A DNA stretch of 54,919 bases, from NCBI GenBank assembly GCA_902597375.1, contig CACJXH010000002.1:1-54919 (forward strand). The letters are read 5' to 3'. The notes beneath the pieces are model-generated. The model had not been told where the DNA came from, ran no database searches, and saw only the letters and a list, made by a program, of their open reading frames with translations. Source of the stretch: an uncultured Candidatus Actinomarina sp. GTDB lineage: Bacteria; Actinomycetota; Acidimicrobiia; Actinomarinales; Actinomarinaceae. The position numbers and the translations under genes are program-made. Shown here one piece after another: positions 38,129-48,131 of the stretch; position 1 is the stretch's first letter; every line of letters starts with the position of its first letter.

Positions 38129-38929
38129 TTAGGATTTTTCTGTGGCTGTTTTAGCTGAAATTACAGCAAAACTTAGTGTAATAAATGCGAACCCACCTGC
38201 AACTAAAAATCCTTTTAATATTAAGTCTGAAATCCAGCCCTCAATCATTATCGCTCTCATCCCCTCCAGTACATAAGTTGTTGGATTAAATGCTGCCGCA
38301 GTTTCTAACCATCCCTTTAAGGCATATCTTGGAGTAAAAGTAGGTGCTAAAAATAATGCAGGAAAAAATAAAAATGTAGCTGCTTGTGCGCCTTGAGAAG
38401 AACCTGATCTTACACCTGCTGCTACTGAATACCCAGCAAATCCCATTCCCCAGAAAAATGCCATTCCTAAGACTGCAAAATATCCGATAAATCCAGTTGC
38501 AGGATCAGCACCAATAATACTTCCCAAGGTCATGATTAAGGTTGCTTGAAGTAATACTCTTACAGCACCAACAACGATTGGAGCAAGAATAATTGCCCAT
38601 TTTGAGATTGGCATTCCTTGATATCTTTTAAATACTCCGGATTCTATATCTTCAACTAGATAAATTCCTGAGGCGCCACCGCTTACAGAAGCAGAGACAA
38701 TAGAAACTGGAAGTATAAAATTTAGGAAGTTTCCATTGGCAAAATCAAATGGTGTCCCGGCAGCATTACCTCCAAACACACCACCCAATGCCCCATCGTA
38801 AACTAGTAAAAAAAATGCAGAAATAAAAATATTTGGAAGTTCCGCAAGTGGTCTTCTAGCTAGTCTTAATAAAAGTCGTTTAGTTAAAATTCCAAGTTGT
38901 GTGAAAAAAGAAGATTTTGAATAGTTCAT
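38129..38929 (-). CDS. ABC-2 type exporter permease
   Basis: Six TM helices, ABC-2 (DrrB-like) architecture, directly downstream of the ATPase. Confidence 0.75.
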   Translation of the reverse strand: MNYSKSSFFTQLGILTKRLLLRLARRPLAELPNIFISAFFLLVYDGALGGVFGGNAAGTPFDFANGNFLNFILPVSIVSASVSGGASGIYLVEDIESGVFKRYQGMPISKWAIILAPIVVGAVRVLLQATLIMTLGSIIGADPATGFIGYFAVLGMAFFWGMGFAGYSVAAGVRSGSSQGAQAATFLFFPALFLAPTFTPRYALKGWLETAAAFNPTTYVLEGMRAIMIEGWISDLILKGFLVAGGFAFITLSFAVISAKTATEKS

Positions 38930-38930
38930 A

Positions 38931-39893
38931 TTATTTACTTTCTTCTATCAAAGTTTTGTTACCTTCTAATCTGTAACCTGTAACCTTTAAAAATACATCG
39001 TCTAGAGATGGTTTATTTGCTGAAACAGACTGTACATTTATATCTTTTGAAACAAGTTGATTAAGTAAATTTGGAATTTTTTCAGCGCCATTTTCTACAG
39101 TTACTCTAATTTGGTTATCTTCAATATCAGAATTTTCAATAATTGTTTGAGCTTTAATTGCATCATCATCTGTTCTAAAAGTTAATGTTATTACATCTCC
39201 ACCGATTGATGATTTTAATTCATCGGGAGTGCCCTCAGCAACAACAAGTCCGTCGTCAATTATTGATATTCTATTTGCTAATTCGTCAGCTTCTTCCAGA
39301 TACTGTGTAGTTAATATAATTGTTACGCCTTCATCTCTAAGTTTTTTTATTTCATCCCATAAAACACGTCTTGATCCGGGATCTAGTCCAGTAGTTGGTT
39401 CATCAAGAAATAAAACTTCCGGTTTATGAACAAGACTTAGCCCTAAATCTAATCTTCTTTTCATACCACCTGAATATGTTTTAACCCTCCTGTCTGCCGC
39501 CTCAGTCAGGCCAACTAAATTAAGCATTTCCTCAGTTCTATCTTTAGATTTAGATTTTGAAAGTCCCCAAAGCCTGGCAGTTGTATAAAAAAGTTCTCTT
39601 GCTGTTAAGAGATTATCAATACCAGTGTCTTGTAAGGCAATTCCAATTTTGTTTCTAACCTCTGAGTCATTTTTTACGACATCTAAGTCATTTATTTTTG
39701 CAGTACCTGAAGTAATTCTCAGCAATGTAGTAAGCATTAAAATTGTGGTACTTTTGCCGGCACCATTCGGACCTAATATTCCGAATACCTCACCTTTATT
39801 AACTTTGAAACTAACGTCTCGAACGGCTTCAACATTCCCCTGTTTTGTTTTGAAAGTTTTTTTTAAATTTTTTGCTTCAACAGCTAGCAACAT
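38931..39893 (-). CDS. ABC-2 type exporter ATP-binding protein (DrrA-like)
   Basis: GPNGAGKSTT, YSGGMKRRLDL and LFLDEPTTGLD. Confidence 0.85.
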   Translation of the reverse strand: MLLAVEAKNLKKTFKTKQGNVEAVRDVSFKVNKGEVFGILGPNGAGKSTTILMLTTLLRITSGTAKINDLDVVKNDSEVRNKIGIALQDTGIDNLLTARELFYTTARLWGLSKSKSKDRTEEMLNLVGLTEAADRRVKTYSGGMKRRLDLGLSLVHKPEVLFLDEPTTGLDPGSRRVLWDEIKKLRDEGVTIILTTQYLEEADELANRISIIDDGLVVAEGTPDELKSSIGGDVITLTFRTDDDAIKAQTIIENSDIEDNQIRVTVENGAEKIPNLLNQLVSKDINVQSVSANKPSLDDVFLKVTGYRLEGNKTLIEESK

Positions 39894-39945
39894 TATCCTT
39901 TCATAGAAAAGTATTTATGAAATAATAGTTTAATCTATTTTTTAT

Positions 39946-40018
39946 GGCCGCGTAGCTCAGGGGATAGAGCACAGGTTTCCTAAACCTGGTGTCGCAGGTT
40001 CGAATCCTGCCGTGGCCG
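39946..40018 (+). tRNA. tRNA-Arg (anticodon CCU), no encoded CCA
   Basis: GGCCGCGTAGCTCAGGGGATAGAGCACAGGTTTCCTAAACCTGGTGTCGCAGGTTCGAATCCTGCCGTGGCCG folds as a cloverleaf. Anticodon loop TTCCTAA. Confidence 0.9.
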
Positions 40019-40026
40019 CTAGAATG

Positions 40027-40224
40027 CTACTTTAAATTTTCTGCTGAAGTTTTACCGTTATTTTCTACAATTTCAAATTCAAGCTCTTGACCTTCTTCAA
40101 GATCTTCCATACCAGAATTTTTAACCGCAGAAATATGAACAAAGACGTCTTTATCGCCTTCTTCAGGTTCAATAAAACCATAACCTTTAGTTTTGTTGAA
40201 CCATTTAACTTTACCTTTTGGCAT
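40027..40224 (-). CDS. cspA: cold-shock protein (CspA family)
   Basis: [15 protein letters not shown] (RNP1) and VFVHISA (RNP2). 65 aa. Confidence 0.95.
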   Translation of the reverse strand: MPKGKVKWFNKTKGYGFIEPEEGDKDVFVHISAVKNSGMEDLEEGQELEFEIVENNGKTSAENLK

Positions 40225-40291
40225 TTATTTCCTTTTGTAATATCTTTACGACAAAGTAACAGTAACGTGATTAATTTTTTAGTTTGCTATT

Positions 40292-42385
40292 TTAGAAAAT
40301 ACTTTTCTGGGATCCAGAATTTAAATAATTTTGAGCATATATACCAGCTAGTGACACAGATTTAATTTCTAACCATGTAAATGGATTTGGTATTTCATTT
40401 TTAACATAACTCAAAAAAGTTTCGATAGCTTGTTTGTGACCTTTACCGTCGGAAAACACCTTGCTCTTATCATCTGATCCGATTAAATATCTCATTAGCT
40501 GGAAATCTTCAACAATAAATGAGTTTTCACTTCCATGAATCTCTAGTCTTTCTTTAGATAATTTGTTATTTGTATCTGAAAAATATTGAATTGCAGCATG
40601 CGCACCGTTTGCATAATTTATATTTATAAAAACTTGATTGTCATAAACTTCATCAGATTCTTTATTTATTGGACTATGAGAAGATATGCTTTGTGGTAGT
40701 GAATCAAAGAAATAAGTACCTAAGTCTACTGCATGGATAGCTTCACCTACTATCCTTCCTCCACCTATTTCCTTAATATTGGTCCAGTGATCCTTTTCTA
40801 ATTTTGGAACACTAAACCTAAAATTTAAAGCATTGGCTGGTGAAGTGTTTAATTTTTCCTTTATAAACTTAGATGCTTCACTAAATCTTCTATTAAAACC
40901 AAGAAAAATTTTTGGATCTTCAGCGTTGTACATAGCCTCTTCAATTTTCGTTATTGAATCTACTTCAATTGCCAATGGTTTCTCTACATAAACAGCCTTA
41001 CCAGAGTTAATTCCTTTAATTACTAAATCAGCGTGATTGAAATGTTGAGTAAGGATAAATACAGCATCTATTTCATCTGATTCAAATATTTCGTCTTCTG
41101 TTGAGTATTTATTTTTAATTTTAAAATTTTTAGCAAGAGCCTCGGAACTTAATCCTCCTGATGACGAAACTCCTAATACCTGGCAAGATCTTCTAAGTTC
41201 CTTTAATATAGGAATAATTGTTGTTGAAGCAAAATTACCTGCTCCAATTACTCCAATTTTAATTTTTTGATTTTTTTCTGGAGTAATATCGTTTTTTTCA
41301 AATTGAATTTTAGGCTCGTTTTTTAAATCATATCTAAGCAAGACTGAAAGGGGTTTTTTATCGGAATTAAAGGAATTATATATTTGAGAAGATTCAGCAA
41401 AATCAATTTCCTCAGTAATTAAATCTTGAATGGTGATCTGGCCCTGAGATAAGAGTTTTAAAAAAGCTTCAAAATTTCTATTTTCGGTCCATCTAACGTA
41501 TTCAATTGGATAATCATTTCCTAGTACTTCATATTGCTTATCATATCTTCCAGGTCCATAAGATTTTGAGACAACTAACTCAAGTTCTTTATAGTAAAAC
41601 TCATTTCTTGAAATATTCAAAGGAATATCTCCAACAACAACAATTTTTGCTTTATTCCTTGCAATTTTTGTTGCAGCTTCAATTGGTTCATTGCTATCAG
41701 AAGCTGCTGTGATAATTATCGAATCTACTTCCTCTATAGGTAAATCATTAATTGAGGAAAAAAAGTTTTTACTATCTCCCCTTCTTGTTTCATCAGGATC
41801 AATACCAAAAACTTCTGAGCCTTGTGCCTCTCCTAACCTGCATACTAGTTGACCCACTATGCCCAAACCTACAACTACAATTCTTGAGCCCAGTGAAGTT
41901 TCTGATAAACGTAGACCATGTAAAGCTATACTTCCCAAGACTGTATAAGCTGCTTCTTTTTCATTTGTGTTTTCAGGGATTCTCGAACATAAGTTTTGAT
42001 TTACTACAACATATTCTGCGTGATTACCATTAGAGACAACCATGTCACCAACATGAAAGCTTTTTACGTTTTCACCAATTTCAATAACTTTTCCACATGA
42101 GCTATAACCAAGCTGTATAGGTAATATATTTTTTGGAAATACAGCATTCCAAACAGCCCTCACTCCTTCTTTTTCAAGAAGTTCAAGACCCTTTTCAATG
42201 TTTGATGAATTTTGTAATTTATCAGTTACAGATTTATTTGCAGATTCAATTGCTGCCGTTTCAGTTCCAGTTGATACAACTGAGTAATGATTTTTAATTA
42301 GTATCTCTCCTGGTCCTGGCTTTGGAATTGGGGTCTCCCATAAGATTGGTTCAGGATTATTTTTTTCAACAACTAATTGCTTCAT
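40292..42385 (-). CDS. bi-domain oxidoreductase: N-terminal MDR/zinc-ADH-like domain plus C-terminal Gfo/Idh/MocA domain
   Basis: N-terminal part has VVGLGIVGQ (MDR Rossmann fold). C-terminal part has IGVIGAGNFA and VYVEKPLA (Gfo/Idh/MocA EKP motif). Confidence 0.7.
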   Translation of the reverse strand: MKQLVVEKNNPEPILWETPIPKPGPGEILIKNHYSVVSTGTETAAIESANKSVTDKLQNSSNIEKGLELLEKEGVRAVWNAVFPKNILPIQLGYSSCGKVIEIGENVKSFHVGDMVVSNGNHAEYVVVNQNLCSRIPENTNEKEAAYTVLGSIALHGLRLSETSLGSRIVVVGLGIVGQLVCRLGEAQGSEVFGIDPDETRRGDSKNFFSSINDLPIEEVDSIIITAASDSNEPIEAATKIARNKAKIVVVGDIPLNISRNEFYYKELELVVSKSYGPGRYDKQYEVLGNDYPIEYVRWTENRNFEAFLKLLSQGQITIQDLITEEIDFAESSQIYNSFNSDKKPLSVLLRYDLKNEPKIQFEKNDITPEKNQKIKIGVIGAGNFASTTIIPILKELRRSCQVLGVSSSGGLSSEALAKNFKIKNKYSTEDEIFESDEIDAVFILTQHFNHADLVIKGINSGKAVYVEKPLAIEVDSITKIEEAMYNAEDPKIFLGFNRRFSEASKFIKEKLNTSPANALNFRFSVPKLEKDHWTNIKEIGGGRIVGEAIHAVDLGTYFFDSLPQSISSHSPINKESDEVYDNQVFININYANGAHAAIQYFSDTNNKLSKERLEIHGSENSFIVEDFQLMRYLIGSDDKSKVFSDGKGHKQAIETFLSYVKNEIPNPFTWLEIKSVSLAGIYAQNYLNSGSQKSIF

Positions 42386-42410
42386 TTAACCTCTCAAGAA
42401 TTAATGATAA

Positions 42411-43067
42411 CTATATTATTTCACTTATTAAGGGGGAGGTTAAATTTAATAGTTTACCTGATGGTGTTTCTATCATTAATGATCCATCATCATTTATGTC
42501 TTTAGCCCACCCTCTCCCTTCAGGATATTCAACGAGCTTCCCTAAGGTAGTGAGTTTCGACATATAGTTTTCCAGACTGAAATCTTCATTTTCGATATAG
42601 TTTAGAATTGTTCTTCCCCATTCCTCAGCATCTTGAAAAATTTTCCGATCATCTTGTTTTTCTTCATATATTGCCCCAGCTCCAGGTAAATTTGGATTTT
42701 TCCAAAAATAATTTATTCCTAAACCAATGCAAATAAGATCATTACTTTCTTCTACAAGGACTCCACCAACTTTGTCATCATTAAAAATTATGTCGTTAGG
42801 CCATTTTAATTTGAGTTTTTGATTTTTAATTAAAGAAACATATGAGTATCCAGCCAAAAGTGGAATAAGTGTTTTAGTAAAGTTAACAATTTTTTTATTA
42901 AACACTAATGAAGAAGCCAGACTTTGATCAGCATTTTGCCACTTATTTTGGTTAGTACCACGACCAAAAGTTTGTGCTTTACTCACTATCAAGAGTGGCT
43001 CTTCTTTAAATTCATTCATAGCAAAGTCTTGAGTGTTATCAACTTCATCAAAAAAAATAGATTTCAT
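42411..43067 (-). CDS. birA: biotin-[acetyl-CoA-carboxylase] ligase, group I (no HTH)
   Basis: QTFGRGTNQNKWQ (GRGRxGRxW-type block) and KWPNDI. Only 218 aa. Confidence 0.75.
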   Translation of the reverse strand: MKSIFFDEVDNTQDFAMNEFKEEPLLIVSKAQTFGRGTNQNKWQNADQSLASSLVFNKKIVNFTKTLIPLLAGYSYVSLIKNQKLKLKWPNDIIFNDDKVGGVLVEESNDLICIGLGINYFWKNPNLPGAGAIYEEKQDDRKIFQDAEEWGRTILNYIENEDFSLENYMSKLTTLGKLVEYPEGRGWAKDINDDGSLMIETPSGKLLNLTSPLISEII

Positions 43068-43131
43068 AGTGTTACTTCTTTACATATATATAGGTCAAAT
43101 ATATAGATTAATAATAATAAGAAAGTTGGGC

Positions 43132-44619
43132 ATGTCGGAAGAAAATTTAGCTGACGTACGTAATGAAAAAGCAAGAAAAATTCAGCATCCAAAAGGAAAA
43201 TTAACCGCATATGAAAGGATTCATTTACTTTTAGACGAAGGTTCGTTTTCTGAAATAGATGAAAATGTAGTTTCAGAAGAAAATCCTGAAGGTGAAGCAG
43301 TAGTTACAGGATCTGGCACAATTCATGGAAGGCCTGTTTTTGTTTTCTCCGAAGATTTTTCCGTCATGGGCGGGAGTCTTGGAGAAATAGTTGCAAAGAA
43401 AATTTTACGAATAATGGATCTCGCTTTGGAAGCAAAAGCTCCGGTAGTTGGTATTAAAGATTCGGGTGGGGCAAGAATTCAAGAAGGGATTTCTTCTTTA
43501 TATGGATATGCACAAATATTCAAAAAAAATGTCGAAGCATCAGGAAAAATTCCACAAATATCTATAATTGTAGGTCCATCAGCTGGTGGGGCAGTTTACA
43601 GTCCAGCATTAACTGATTTTATTTTTCAAGTAAAAGATATAGGACAACTTTATGTGACCGGCCCTAATGTAGTAAAAACAGTTACCGGTGAAGAAGTTAC
43701 TTATGAAGAACTAGGCGGTGTTGAGGCTCATGGAACTCAATCAGGAGTGAGTCATCAAGTTTGTGAAACTGAGGAACAAGCTTTTGAAGAGGTAAGATAC
43801 CTTCTTAGTTTTTTTCCTCAATCATCAGATCAGAAGCCTCCAAATTTTATCACTGAAGATGATCCTTCAAGAAATGTAGATTCCTTGGAATCCTTAATAC
43901 CAGAACATAGAAATCAACCATATGATATGAATGAAGTAATAAACAATATTGTCGATGATGGAGAGCAGTATCCAATTCATGCAAACTATGCTTTAAATAT
44001 CATTACTTCATTTGTAAGAATAAACGGAAATACAATTGGAGTAGTTGCAAATCAACCAATGGAACTTGCTGGAGTTTTAGATATAAATTCCTCAATTAAA
44101 GCATCAAGATTTGTAAGATTTTGTGATGCATTTAATATCCCTCTCCTAACTCTTGTTGATGTGCCTGGATTTTTGCCAGGTGTAGAGCAAGAACATGGAG
44201 GAATTATTAGGAGTGGGGCAAAACTTTTATATGCATACTCAGAAGCTACTGTTCCAAGAGTCTGTGTAGTAATACGTAAGGCATATGGTGGGGCTTATAT
44301 AGTTATGGATTCAATGGGTTTAGGAGCTGACAAACTTTTTGCATGGCCTTCTGCAGAAATTGCGGTAATGGGTGCAGAGGGTGCAGTAGATGTAATTAAT
44401 CGAAAAGAATTAAAAGATAGTGATAATCCTGAAGAACTAAAACAAAAATTTGTAGATGAATACAATGAAAAGTTCAGTAATCCTGACATTGCGGCAAAAC
44501 TTGGATTAGTAGATAAAATAATAAAACCAAGTGAAACTAGAAAAGTTGTTACTGAAGCATTTAAAGAGCTTGTAAATAAAACAAATGTAGGAGACAAACA
44601 TGGAAACATTCCCCTCTAA
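43132..44619 (+). CDS. acyl-CoA carboxylase carboxyltransferase (beta) subunit, AccD/PccB type
   Basis: KLTAYERIHLLLDEGSF, DSGGARIQEG and PGFLPGVEQEHGGIIRSGAKLLYA. ATG at 43132. The track N-terminal extension was rejected. Confidence 0.85.
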   Translation: MSEENLADVRNEKARKIQHPKGKLTAYERIHLLLDEGSFSEIDENVVSEENPEGEAVVTGSGTIHGRPVFVFSEDFSVMGGSLGEIVAKKILRIMDLALEAKAPVVGIKDSGGARIQEGISSLYGYAQIFKKNVEASGKIPQISIIVGPSAGGAVYSPALTDFIFQVKDIGQLYVTGPNVVKTVTGEEVTYEELGGVEAHGTQSGVSHQVCETEEQAFEEVRYLLSFFPQSSDQKPPNFITEDDPSRNVDSLESLIPEHRNQPYDMNEVINNIVDDGEQYPIHANYALNIITSFVRINGNTIGVVANQPMELAGVLDINSSIKASRFVRFCDAFNIPLLTLVDVPGFLPGVEQEHGGIIRSGAKLLYAYSEATVPRVCVVIRKAYGGAYIVMDSMGLGADKLFAWPSAEIAVMGAEGAVDVINRKELKDSDNPEELKQKFVDEYNEKFSNPDIAAKLGLVDKIIKPSETRKVVTEAFKELVNKTNVGDKHGNIPL

Positions 44620-45139
44620 AAATATATCAATAGCTTGGATTGAAAAAGGCTCATTGACAAGAAATTTATTTTTATCTTTTGGTTTTGCGATTTTAACTGC
44701 ACTTAGTGCACAGATAAGATTTGAACTACCATTTACTCCTGTACCTATAACAGCGCAGACTTTTGTCGTTATTTTATCAGGCTTACTTCTTGGAAGTAGG
44801 TTTGGTTCGTTCAGTATGATTTTATATTTATTTACAGGTCTAGCAGGTTTTCCTTTTTTCTCAGGAAGTGTTGCTGGCTTAGCTATATTAAGAAGTCCAA
44901 CAATTGGTTATATAATTGGTTTTTTTATTGCTGCACAAATAATAGGAAATATGTCACAAAAACCAACAGTGGGTATAGCTACTGGAACTCTAGCAATTTA
45001 TATATGTGGAGTTCTGGGTTTGATGATTACATTAAACATTTCCGTAGTTGAAGCTATCGGTATTGGTGTTGTTCCATTTATTTTTGGAGATTTAATTAAA
45101 GCAAGTTTAGCAATTGGAATTGCTCAAAAGTTAAAATAA
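44600..45139 (+). CDS. bioY: biotin transporter BioY (ECF S-component)
   Basis: FTPVPITAQTF and FIFGDLIKA. Six TM helices. Overlaps the carboxyltransferase 3' end by 20 nt. Confidence 0.85.
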   Translation: METFPSKNISIAWIEKGSLTRNLFLSFGFAILTALSAQIRFELPFTPVPITAQTFVVILSGLLLGSRFGSFSMILYLFTGLAGFPFFSGSVAGLAILRSPTIGYIIGFFIAAQIIGNMSQKPTVGIATGTLAIYICGVLGLMITLNISVVEAIGIGVVPFIFGDLIKASLAIGIAQKLK

Positions 45140-45145
45140 ATTTTT

Positions 45146-46834
45146 ATGACTAAAAAAAGAGTACTAATTGCAAATCGTGGTGAGATTGCATTAAGAATAA
45201 TCAGATCGGTTAAAGAAATGGACATGCACGCAATTGCTGTTTATTCAGATGTTGATGCTGATTCTTTGCATGTAAAACGTGCTGATGAATCATTTTACTT
45301 AGGAGGTTCACTTCCTGCTGATAGCTATAGAAACTTAAAAAATTTAATGAAAGCTGTAATTGAGACAAAAGCAGACATGGTTCATCCAGGGTATGGTTTT
45401 TTGGCCGAAAATGCTGATTTTGCAAAAGCAGTTCAAAAGAAAGATGTGATTTGGATTGGTCCAAATCCAGAAACAATCAAATCTATGGGAGACAAAATTG
45501 AATCAAGAAAATTAATTTCTAAAGCTGGCTTAATGCCTGTCCCTGGTCAATTGAAACCATCCAGAACAAAAAGAGAAGCAATGAAAGATGCCAATAACTT
45601 TGGCTACCCAGTTGCGCTAAAAGCAGCTCATGGAGGTGGAGGAAAAGGTTTAAGAATTGTAAATAATGATGAAGAATTAGATCAAAATTATGAGATTGTA
45701 AAACGTGAAAGCGAAGCATATTTTGGATCAGATCAAATTTATGTTGAAAAATTTATAAAACCGGCAAGACATGTGGAAACTCAAATATTAAGTGATAAAT
45801 ATGGAAATCATGTTTATCTCGGTGAAAGAGATTGTTCATTGCAAAGAAGGAACCAAAAACTAATAGAAGAAAGTCCTCCTGTATGGTTGTCTGAATTTGG
45901 AAAAGAAGAGTTAAAAAAAGCAACACTCATGATTGCTAAGTCTTCAAATTACGTTAATGCAGGTACAGTAGAATTTTTAGCTGATAATGACGAAAACTTT
46001 TATTTTTTAGAAATGAATACAAGATTGCAAGTTGAGCATACGGTAACAGAAATGAGATATGGAATTGACCTAGTTAAAGAACAAATAAAAATAGCGCTTG
46101 GTAATTCTTTAGAAGATTTTGAAACAGAAGCAAGAGGACACAGCATAGAGTTTAGAATAAACGCAGAAGACCCTGCCAATAACTTTTTACCTACACCTGG
46201 AACAATTACCGAATACAGAGAACCAATGGGGAATGGTGTAAGGGTTGATGGGTGGGTAAAAACCGGTACGTCAATATCACATTTTTATGACAATCTAATT
46301 TCTAAATTAGTTGTTTGGGGAGTGTCTAGAGAAGAAGCTATCTCTAAAGGAAAAAGATGCTTAGATGAATACATAATTGGTGGGATACCAACGACAATTT
46401 CTTTACTTTCACAAGTGATATCTACAAAAGAATTTAAAGAAAGTCAGATACATGTAAAATTCTTGGAAGAAAATTTTAAAATCAAAGATATTTCTGAAGA
46501 AGAAACAATTAGTGATAGACCAAGTAAGGTTAATATTTCTCTTGACGATAATGAAAGTCAATCACTGGCACCCCAGAGACCTAAAAAAATTGGTATGGAT
46601 CTAACCGGCAATATAAGAAATCCTGGGATTATCAAAGCAGATATGCAAGGAACAATTATGGATACGATGACAAAGAAAGGGAAAAAAGTAAAAAAAGGAG
46701 ATTCCTTGTTTGTTTTAGAAGCTATGAAAATGGAAAATGTTGTTACTGCACCAATTGGTGGAGTTATTAAAGAATTTAATATAAAAAAAGGACAGCCTGT
46801 AAATAAAGGCGATATATTGGTTGAAATAGGATAG
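45146..46834 (+). CDS. acyl-CoA carboxylase alpha subunit (biotin carboxylase plus BCCP domain)
   Basis: IANRGEIALRIIR, EMNTRLQVEHTVTE and the C-terminal biotinyl motif LEAMKMEN. Confidence 0.9.
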   Translation: MTKKRVLIANRGEIALRIIRSVKEMDMHAIAVYSDVDADSLHVKRADESFYLGGSLPADSYRNLKNLMKAVIETKADMVHPGYGFLAENADFAKAVQKKDVIWIGPNPETIKSMGDKIESRKLISKAGLMPVPGQLKPSRTKREAMKDANNFGYPVALKAAHGGGGKGLRIVNNDEELDQNYEIVKRESEAYFGSDQIYVEKFIKPARHVETQILSDKYGNHVYLGERDCSLQRRNQKLIEESPPVWLSEFGKEELKKATLMIAKSSNYVNAGTVEFLADNDENFYFLEMNTRLQVEHTVTEMRYGIDLVKEQIKIALGNSLEDFETEARGHSIEFRINAEDPANNFLPTPGTITEYREPMGNGVRVDGWVKTGTSISHFYDNLISKLVVWGVSREEAISKGKRCLDEYIIGGIPTTISLLSQVISTKEFKESQIHVKFLEENFKIKDISEEETISDRPSKVNISLDDNESQSLAPQRPKKIGMDLTGNIRNPGIIKADMQGTIMDTMTKKGKKVKKGDSLFVLEAMKMENVVTAPIGGVIKEFNIKKGQPVNKGDILVEIG

Positions 46835-46836
46835 GT

Positions 46837-47214
46837 ATGAGTATTTATGGCATTGGAGTAGACCAAGTTGATCTCAAAAGAGTAAAAAGATTATTGAATA
46901 AATCTGAAGATAAATTCTTGAAAAGATGTTTTACTGAACAAGAAATTAAATATGCAAAAAGATTTTCAGATCCATCAAAAAGACTAGGGGCAAGGTTTGC
47001 AGCAAAAGAAGCTGTTATGAAATCTTTAGGAAAAGGATGGAGAGAAATAAGTTGGAAAGAAATAGAAGTTACGGGTGGAGGTAAGCCAACAATTAACACC
47101 TTTGGTAGAGCATCAGCTACTGTAAAAGAAAAAAATATTACAAATATTCATATATCACTTTCACATGAGAATGAAAATGCAATAGCATTTGCTATCTCAG
47201 AAAAGGATAATTAG
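46837..47214 (+). CDS. acpS: holo-ACP synthase
   Basis: GIGVDQVDLKRV, FAAKEAVMKSLG and ISLSHE. Confidence 0.85.
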   Translation: MSIYGIGVDQVDLKRVKRLLNKSEDKFLKRCFTEQEIKYAKRFSDPSKRLGARFAAKEAVMKSLGKGWREISWKEIEVTGGGKPTINTFGRASATVKEKNITNIHISLSHENENAIAFAISEKDN

Positions 47215-47216
47215 TC

Positions 47217-48122
47217 ATGCAGTGGGTCGGAATGTTTCCAGGTCAAGGCTCTCAAGAAATAGGAATGGGTAGTGAGCTGCTTGAAACTTATGACGATCTA
47301 TTAATAAATACTTTCGAAGAAACTTTAGGATGGAGCCTAAAAGATATTATAAATTCAGAAGATCCTGAGATAATTAAAAAAACAAATATTGCTCAACCTT
47401 ATATATTCTCAGTCTCTTATTGTTACGGAATTGAAGTAATTAATAATTTAGGCAATCCTGCTGCGCTTATCGGGCATTCTTTAGGGGAATATACAGCTTT
47501 ATGTCTATCAGGATATTTAGATTATAAAGATGCATTAAAAGTAATAGCAGTAAGAGGCGAGGAGATGCATAAAGCTGTAGAAAATTCCAATACAACTATG
47601 GCAGCTGTTTTAACAGGTGATTTGGAAGCAACAATTGAAGAAATAGAAAAATTAAATAATCAAGGAATTCAAATATGGATATCAAACTTCAATGATCCTT
47701 CACAAATAGTTATTAGTTCATACATTGATGACATGAACTACTTAAAGTCTAACCCAAAAGCACTCGGCGCAAAAAGAGTAATTCCACTCGAAGTAGCAGG
47801 AGCATTTCATACTGAAATTGTAAGCTCTGCAAAAAAACCACTTGAGGATACATTAAATTCAATTGATATCTCTGAAGGAAAGATTCCTGTATATATGAAC
47901 GTTGATGCAAAAAAAGTTGAAGTATCAACTTTGAAAGAAAGTCTTGTGAATCAGATAGATAATTCGGTTTTGTTTAACCAACAAATTGAGTTTGTTAACA
48001 ATGATATAGATCCAGATTTATGGTGTCATATCGGCCCTGGTAATGTAACTGCTGGAATGGTCCGAAAGTCTATATCATATAAGGATTTAAAGGTAATAAA
48101 CTCTTTAGAATCATCAAAGTAA
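47217..48122 (+). CDS. fabD: malonyl-CoA:ACP transacylase
   Basis: FPGQGSQ, GHSLGEY and GAFHT. Confidence 0.9.
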   Translation: MQWVGMFPGQGSQEIGMGSELLETYDDLLINTFEETLGWSLKDIINSEDPEIIKKTNIAQPYIFSVSYCYGIEVINNLGNPAALIGHSLGEYTALCLSGYLDYKDALKVIAVRGEEMHKAVENSNTTMAAVLTGDLEATIEEIEKLNNQGIQIWISNFNDPSQIVISSYIDDMNYLKSNPKALGAKRVIPLEVAGAFHTEIVSSAKKPLEDTLNSIDISEGKIPVYMNVDAKKVEVSTLKESLVNQIDNSVLFNQQIEFVNNDIDPDLWCHIGPGNVTAGMVRKSISYKDLKVINSLESSK

Positions 48123-48131
48123 GGGGAAATT

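Noticed and set aside
41506-42033. Plus-strand ORFs 41506-41712 and 41752-42033, and similar antisense ORFs (313-537, 1194-1562, 3151-3447, 12195-12572, 17398-17964, 28556-28783, 45210-45719, 46558-46866, 48515-49174, 53583-54212)
   Set aside because: All lie entirely inside well-supported genes on the opposite strand or in another frame. They translate to low-complexity Leu/Ser/Phe/Gln-rich sequence with no motifs, which is typical of shadow ORFs.
39946-42385. tRNA-Arg(CCU) as an integration hotspot with a downstream genomic island (cspA, bi-domain oxidoreductase)
   Set aside because: I saw no integrase, no recombinase and no direct repeat of the tRNA 3' end. Composition matches the surroundings.
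43033-43131. N-terminal extension of the carboxyltransferase ORF (MLSTSSKKIDFIVLLLYIYIG...)
   Set aside because: It would overlap the divergent birA start and translates AT-rich promoter DNA. Homology begins at MSEENLADV (ATG 43132).
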